Part shown: in pieces, positions 6,915 through 10,359 of the stretch
How the letters are laid out: each line of letters begins with the position of its first letter
How positions within the stretch are numbered: the stretch's first letter is position 1
NCBI GenBank assembly: GCA_046582655.1
Contig: JAYGDX010000278.1
Location: 1-10,359, forward strand
DNA: 10,359 bases
Origin: Candidatus Poribacteria bacterium
Lineage (GTDB): Bacteria; Poribacteria; WGA-4E; UBA9662
Direction of reading: 5' to 3'
Translations under genes and position numbers: made by a program
Notes under the pieces: model-generated
Told to the model about the DNA's origin: nothing
Databases searched by the model: none
The model's input: the letters and a program-made list of their open reading frames with translations, nothing else

Positions 6915-7745
6915 ATGAACGGATTAACTTTATTGGTCTGTTGCTTAATGGCTTATCAACAGGCGGTACAGGTGGGGCCTGCCAATGGCAGTTTACTACT
7001 GGTCGGTGGTGGTGTAACCCCCAATATGGGGCAGCAATTTATCGCTTTGGCTGGAGGGGTCGAGTCTCCAATTGTGGTCATTCCAACCGCTGGTGGAGCC
7101 ACCGAATACGGTCAGCACACACCGATAGCGCAACTGTTGCGTCAACTAGGTGTGGTCAAAGTAGAGGTACTGCACACCATTAATCCAGAAGTGGCTGATA
7201 GCCAAGATTTCATCCAACCTCTGGTCAAAGCTAAAGGCGTATTCTTTGAAGGTGGAAGACAGTGGCGATTGGTCGATGCTTATCAGGGAACTAAAACAGA
7301 ACAGATGTTATGGCAGGTATTAGAACGGGGTGGTGTGATTGGTGGTTCCTCAGCTGGAACTACAATACAAGGTTCATTTTTGGCCCGAGGGGATACTCGT
7401 CATAATCAGATTATGGTGGGAGATCATCAACAGGGGTTTGGATTCCTTAAAAATGTGACTATCGACCAGCATGCGCTAGCACGGAACCGGCACTTCGATA
7501 TGTTTCAAATCTTGAAAGAACAGCCGGAATTACTGGGACTGAGCATTGATGAAATGACGGCGATAGTGGTAACAGGAGATCAATTCAAGGTGATAGGAGA
7601 GAGTTATGTGTTGGTGTATGATGGCGGGTTTTGGTCTCGGGAAGGATGGTCGATGAAAGTATTGCCGCAGGACAAGAACCTATTTTACTTTTTAAGGGCA
7701 GGAGATCGATACGACATGGCGGAACGGCAAGTGATAGAAAGATGA
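6915..7745 (+). CDS. Cyanophycinase-like serine peptidase (peptidase S51)
   Basis: 276 aa with GSLLLVGGG, IVVIPTA, GVFFEGGRQ, nucleophile GGSSAG, IDQH...RNR and GLSIDE (Ser-His-Glu triad); GAGGG RBS; short hydrophobic N-terminus. Confidence 0.88.
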   Translation: MNGLTLLVCCLMAYQQAVQVGPANGSLLLVGGGVTPNMGQQFIALAGGVESPIVVIPTAGGATEYGQHTPIAQLLRQLGVVKVEVLHTINPEVADSQDFIQPLVKAKGVFFEGGRQWRLVDAYQGTKTEQMLWQVLERGGVIGGSSAGTTIQGSFLARGDTRHNQIMVGDHQQGFGFLKNVTIDQHALARNRHFDMFQILKEQPELLGLSIDEMTAIVVTGDQFKVIGESYVLVYDGGFWSREGWSMKVLPQDKNLFYFLRAGDRYDMAERQVIER

Positions 7746-7840
7746 CTCAGTATTCGGAGTTAGTTGACGATATTTGTTTGTTTAATTTCACCAGAGTAAA
7801 ATGAGGTAGGGTTACCACCCCCAAGCAAAAGGAATACATG

Positions 7841-7891
7841 AATCATCAGTCCGACCCCACCGCTAGTTGAGTGGCTATGGGTTCTATATAA
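7841..7891 (+). repeat. Repeat family 3, copy B, just upstream of the hsdM remnant
   Basis: AATCATCAGTCCGACCCCACCGCTAGTTGAGTGGCTATGGGTTCTATATAA; its TATATAA ends 23 nt before the ATG at 7915. Confidence 0.7.
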
Positions 7892-7914
7892 GTTGGATTT
7901 ATAAAGGGAAACAA

Positions 7915-8023
7915 ATGGTAAGAAATGCGAGATCTCAAAAAGAGAAATCATTCGAACAGACTCTATAGAATACTGCTGATAAACTCCGGGGGAACCGTCG
8001 ACTCCTCCGAGTATAAGCACATA
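7915..8023 (+). pseudogene. hsdM: 5' stub of a type I restriction-modification methyltransferase (HsdM N-terminal domain)
   Basis: ATG 7915 with AAAGGGA RBS gives MVRNARSQKEKSFEQTL*NTADKLR (TAG 7966-7968 where Trp is expected). Skipping one G of the G5 run (7988-7992) gives GTVDSSEYKHI. This matches the HsdM N-terminal pattern FExxLWxxAxKLRGxVxxSEYKHVV; similarity stops at about 8023. Confidence 0.85.
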
Positions 8024-8048
8024 TCGACACGGCACTGAATACAGTAGG

Positions 8049-8267
8049 GAACTTCAAGTATGGAGCTGGGAAAGTGATTATGCCGATCCCGGTATGATGG
8101 ACGGAACCAACTGGACACTGCAACTTAAGCATCAAGACCAGTCGATCGAGTCAGGTGGCAGCAATAATTATCCTGACTTATTCGAAGTCGACTCAGAAAA
8201 TGAAGAATATTTCGATCTCTTTCTAGCAGCAGTGAGTGACTTGATTGGTGGAAAGTCTTTCACATAG
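8049..8267 (+). pseudogene. 3' fragment of a hypothetical protein gene, 5' end missing
   Basis: ELQVWSWESDYADPGMMDGTNWTLQLKHQDQSIESGGSNNYPDLFEVDSENEEYFDLFLAAVSDLIGGKSFT* is protein-like (W-x-W, DGTxW, SxGxNxYP, FLxAVxxLxGG). The frame is closed upstream by TAA at 7980 with no start before the motif region. Confidence 0.6.
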
Positions 8268-8344
8268 CTTCCGTCTACCTGTCCCACCTAAAATCTTTAC
8301 TACTCCTTTGGCCTAAAGTCGAAAACCATAACAATAAAAAGCAG

Positions 8345-9706
8345 GTGATTAAACTGAAATCAGAAGAACTGTTGAAACATCGTCCATGCAATATTGTTGT
8401 CATCCAAGTTGATGATCTGGCTTGGCACCAACTTGGATGTCAGAACCAGAGTGGATTCTATGAAACCCCTCATCTGGATGCTCTAGCCCAACAGGGATGG
8501 TGTTTTGCCCAAGCTTACAGCGCCGCACCTATTTGCTCCGCCTCCTGAGCGGGGCTGTTAACTGGCCTGTCGCCGGCTAAACTGGGATTGGAGTTTGTCT
8601 CCAAACCCAGTCAGGCCCCATTTCCCACTCACACCAAGCTACTTCAGCCCCCTTATACCCAGGAACTTCCATCCTCAATTCCCACTTTGGGTGATCGTCT
8701 GGCTCAGGCCGGCTATATCACCGGATTTGTGGGTAAATGGCATTTGACTCAAGGTGGTGTTTCCTACCTGGCTTATGGAGATACCAATGGTCCAAGGCAG
8801 AGAGGCTTTTCCTGGACCCATGGCCAATTTGGCGCCCATCCATATGCTTATAGCGACCGTACTTTGAAAGACTATGAATCAGGGTCATTTCCCACTGATG
8901 GCAGTTCCCAAGCCGCAGTTCAGTTTATCCGTGATAATTGCCATCAGCCTTTCTATCTTCATTTTGCCAGCTACTTTCCACATGTTCCCTTGTATACCCC
9001 TTGTCGATGGTTACTAGAAAAATACCGGCATAAGAATCCTTCCCTCACCAAGCAGCAAATTACCTATGCCGCTATGGTGGAAAGCATGGATCATTATATT
9101 GGCCATATCCTCCAGGAATTGGAGCAACAAAGTTTAGCCTCAGAAACACTGGTCATTTTCACCAGCGATCACGGTGGCGATCCCAGACATGATATAACCG
9201 GTCCCTACCGAGGTTGTAAATGGACACTATATGAAGGAGGAATTCGGGTGCCCTTTATCATCAAATGGCCACAGGCATTGAAGCCTAACCAAGTATGTGA
9301 TCAACCTGTTGGGGGCATTGATCTGATGCCGACCCTTTGCGATTTAGCCCTCATCGATCAACCGGAAACCTGCGACGGAACAACACTGGCTCCATTGCTG
9401 ATGGCAGGGGATCAGATTGGGCGATCAGTTCCTCTGTTTTGGCATTTTCCCTACTACCATCCAAAGATGGGTTACCAGGGGACAACTCCCTGCGCTGCTA
9501 TTCGCAGTCAGGATTGGAAATTGATATATTTTTTCGAAGATCAACGCTCTGAACTGTATCAGTTGGAGTTAGACACAGCCGAAAGCAATGATCTAGCCCG
9601 TCAAGAATTTAAGACCAGCAGCCATTTGGAATGCCAGCTGTTCTCAGAGTTAAGGCAGAGGGATGCCAGATGGCCTCAACAGAATCCGGACTATCTGGAT
9701 TTTTAG
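8345..9706 (+). pseudogene. Formylglycine-dependent (S1) sulfatase with one in-frame TGA
   Basis: ORFs 8345-8548 and 8588-9706 share a frame; together they read NIVVIQVDDLAW...AYSAAPICSAS*AGLLTG...GYITGFVGKWHL...PHVP...FTSDHGG...KWTLYEGGIRVP (453 codons). TGA 8546-8548 occupies the Arg position of the C-x-P/A-x-R motif. Confidence 0.9.
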
Positions 9707-9721
9707 GCCATCGGATGCGGT

Positions 9722-9743
9722 CCAACTTTGGCCCCGAGGTTGG
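9722..9743 (+). terminator. Stem-loop after the sulfatase gene
   Basis: CCAACTTTG / CGAGGTTGG (9 pairs, 2 G-U) with a GCCC loop; no U-tract. Confidence 0.35.
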
Positions 9744-9822
9744 TGTACCAGAACAACTAAGGCCTTATTGGCCATACTCTCTAAGGTAACAGTAAAGGAT
9801 GCTAGAATAGATTTAACAACTG

Positions 9823-10051
9823 ATGATGAAATCATCTCCAATTCAAGAGCTGGATCCAAACTCCAACAAAATCGATCCCGAAACAGGACTACGTTGGTAT
9901 GACATTCAGATGTTTGGTGTTGAAGGGCAGGGATGGGCAGATACTCAGCGGCCCTATGCCCAACTGCCGGCCAAAGCTGAGGCCCTTGTTCATCAGCCGG
10001 TGTGGCAAATTAGCTCAACATGCGGCTGGTCTTTGCCTGCGCATCACAGAA
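9823..10051 (+). pseudogene. Frameshifted, truncated 5' part of an SGNH/GDSL hydrolase (GxDLY N-terminal domain type)
   Basis: LRWYDIQMFGVEGQGWADTQRPYAQLPAKAEALVHQPVWQ, then with one extra A at about 10009, LAQHAAGLCLR. This fits the family pattern VEGxGWxDTxxxYDRLPAKAExxVRxxVWxLSxHSAGxxxRF. Similarity ends near 10045. Confidence 0.8.
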
Positions 10052-10359
10052 CACCTTCAGCATCAAATGCCGCTTTTGCAATCGCTGCGCATGGATGCGG
10101 TAGGGCACGTCGAAGAGTGCCTGTACGCGAATATCGGCGGATTCGGTGAAGTCGCGGCTGATTTCTTAGCGTTTATGCCTGCCCATTCTGCCCAAGTTTG
10201 CGGGTGCCAGCAGCTGCTACCATAATTTCCTCTGGTCCCGTGTAGTGGAGGTCATGCATGGGGGAACCCAGCTCAGCCCTCATCCGGGTGATGGCTGTTG
10301 AAATCGCGAAGTAAAGGCCGAAAAAAATGAAGATCACCCATAAAGACATACCAGCTTTG
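10045..10359 (-). pseudogene. Possible degraded coding fragment, unidentified
   Basis: Minus-strand protein-like pieces in shifting frames: QSWYVFMGDLHFFRPLLRDFNSHHPDEGLSW, PMHDLHYTGPEEIMVAAAG and ISRDFTESADIRVQALFDVPYRIHAQRLQKRHLMLKVF. No family recognised. Confidence 0.3.

Noticed and set aside
7984..8011. Hairpin CGGGGGA/TCCTCCG as an IS200/IS605-type end
   Set aside because: It lies inside the hsdM coding remnant and is better explained by that sequence.
7760..8135. Minus-strand ORFs 7760-8035 and 7935-8135
   Set aside because: They are antisense to the hsdM stub, the repeat and the hypothetical fragment, with no motif support.
259..8548. Alternative genetic code or selenocysteine to explain in-frame TGA codons
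   Set aside because: The two TGAs replace different residues (Trp, Arg), a TAG replaces Trp in hsdM, frameshifts co-occur, and TGA ends sfsA, the beta-propeller, lactonase and S51 genes normally.
793..9902. Other short ORFs in the track that overlap the main genes
   Set aside because: Shadow or alternative-frame ORFs of well-supported genes, with no independent evidence.

Overview
A bacterial accessory region in decay. It holds five intact, functionally unrelated genes: sfsA nuclease, a GH32/GH43-like beta-propeller protein, a lactonase, a PhyH-family dioxygenase and a cyanophycinase-like S51 peptidase. Several broken genes lie between them, mostly invisible or split in the ORF track: a Fes-like esterase with two frameshifts and a stop, a type I R-M hsdM 5' stub joined to the 3' end of an unrelated gene, a sulfatase with TGA at the Arg of its CxAxR motif, and a frameshifted SGNH/GxDLY 5' fragment. 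The spacers carry three separate two-copy repeat families. The most notable is a 71-bp hairpin element ending sharply at CCTGTATTA, whose inverted partial match sits on the other side of sfsA. No transposase, integrase, tRNA, rRNA or CRISPR array is visible. All family calls come from motif recognition by eye, not database searches. The gene mix resembles marine Poribacteria/PVC-type genomes, which is inference only.
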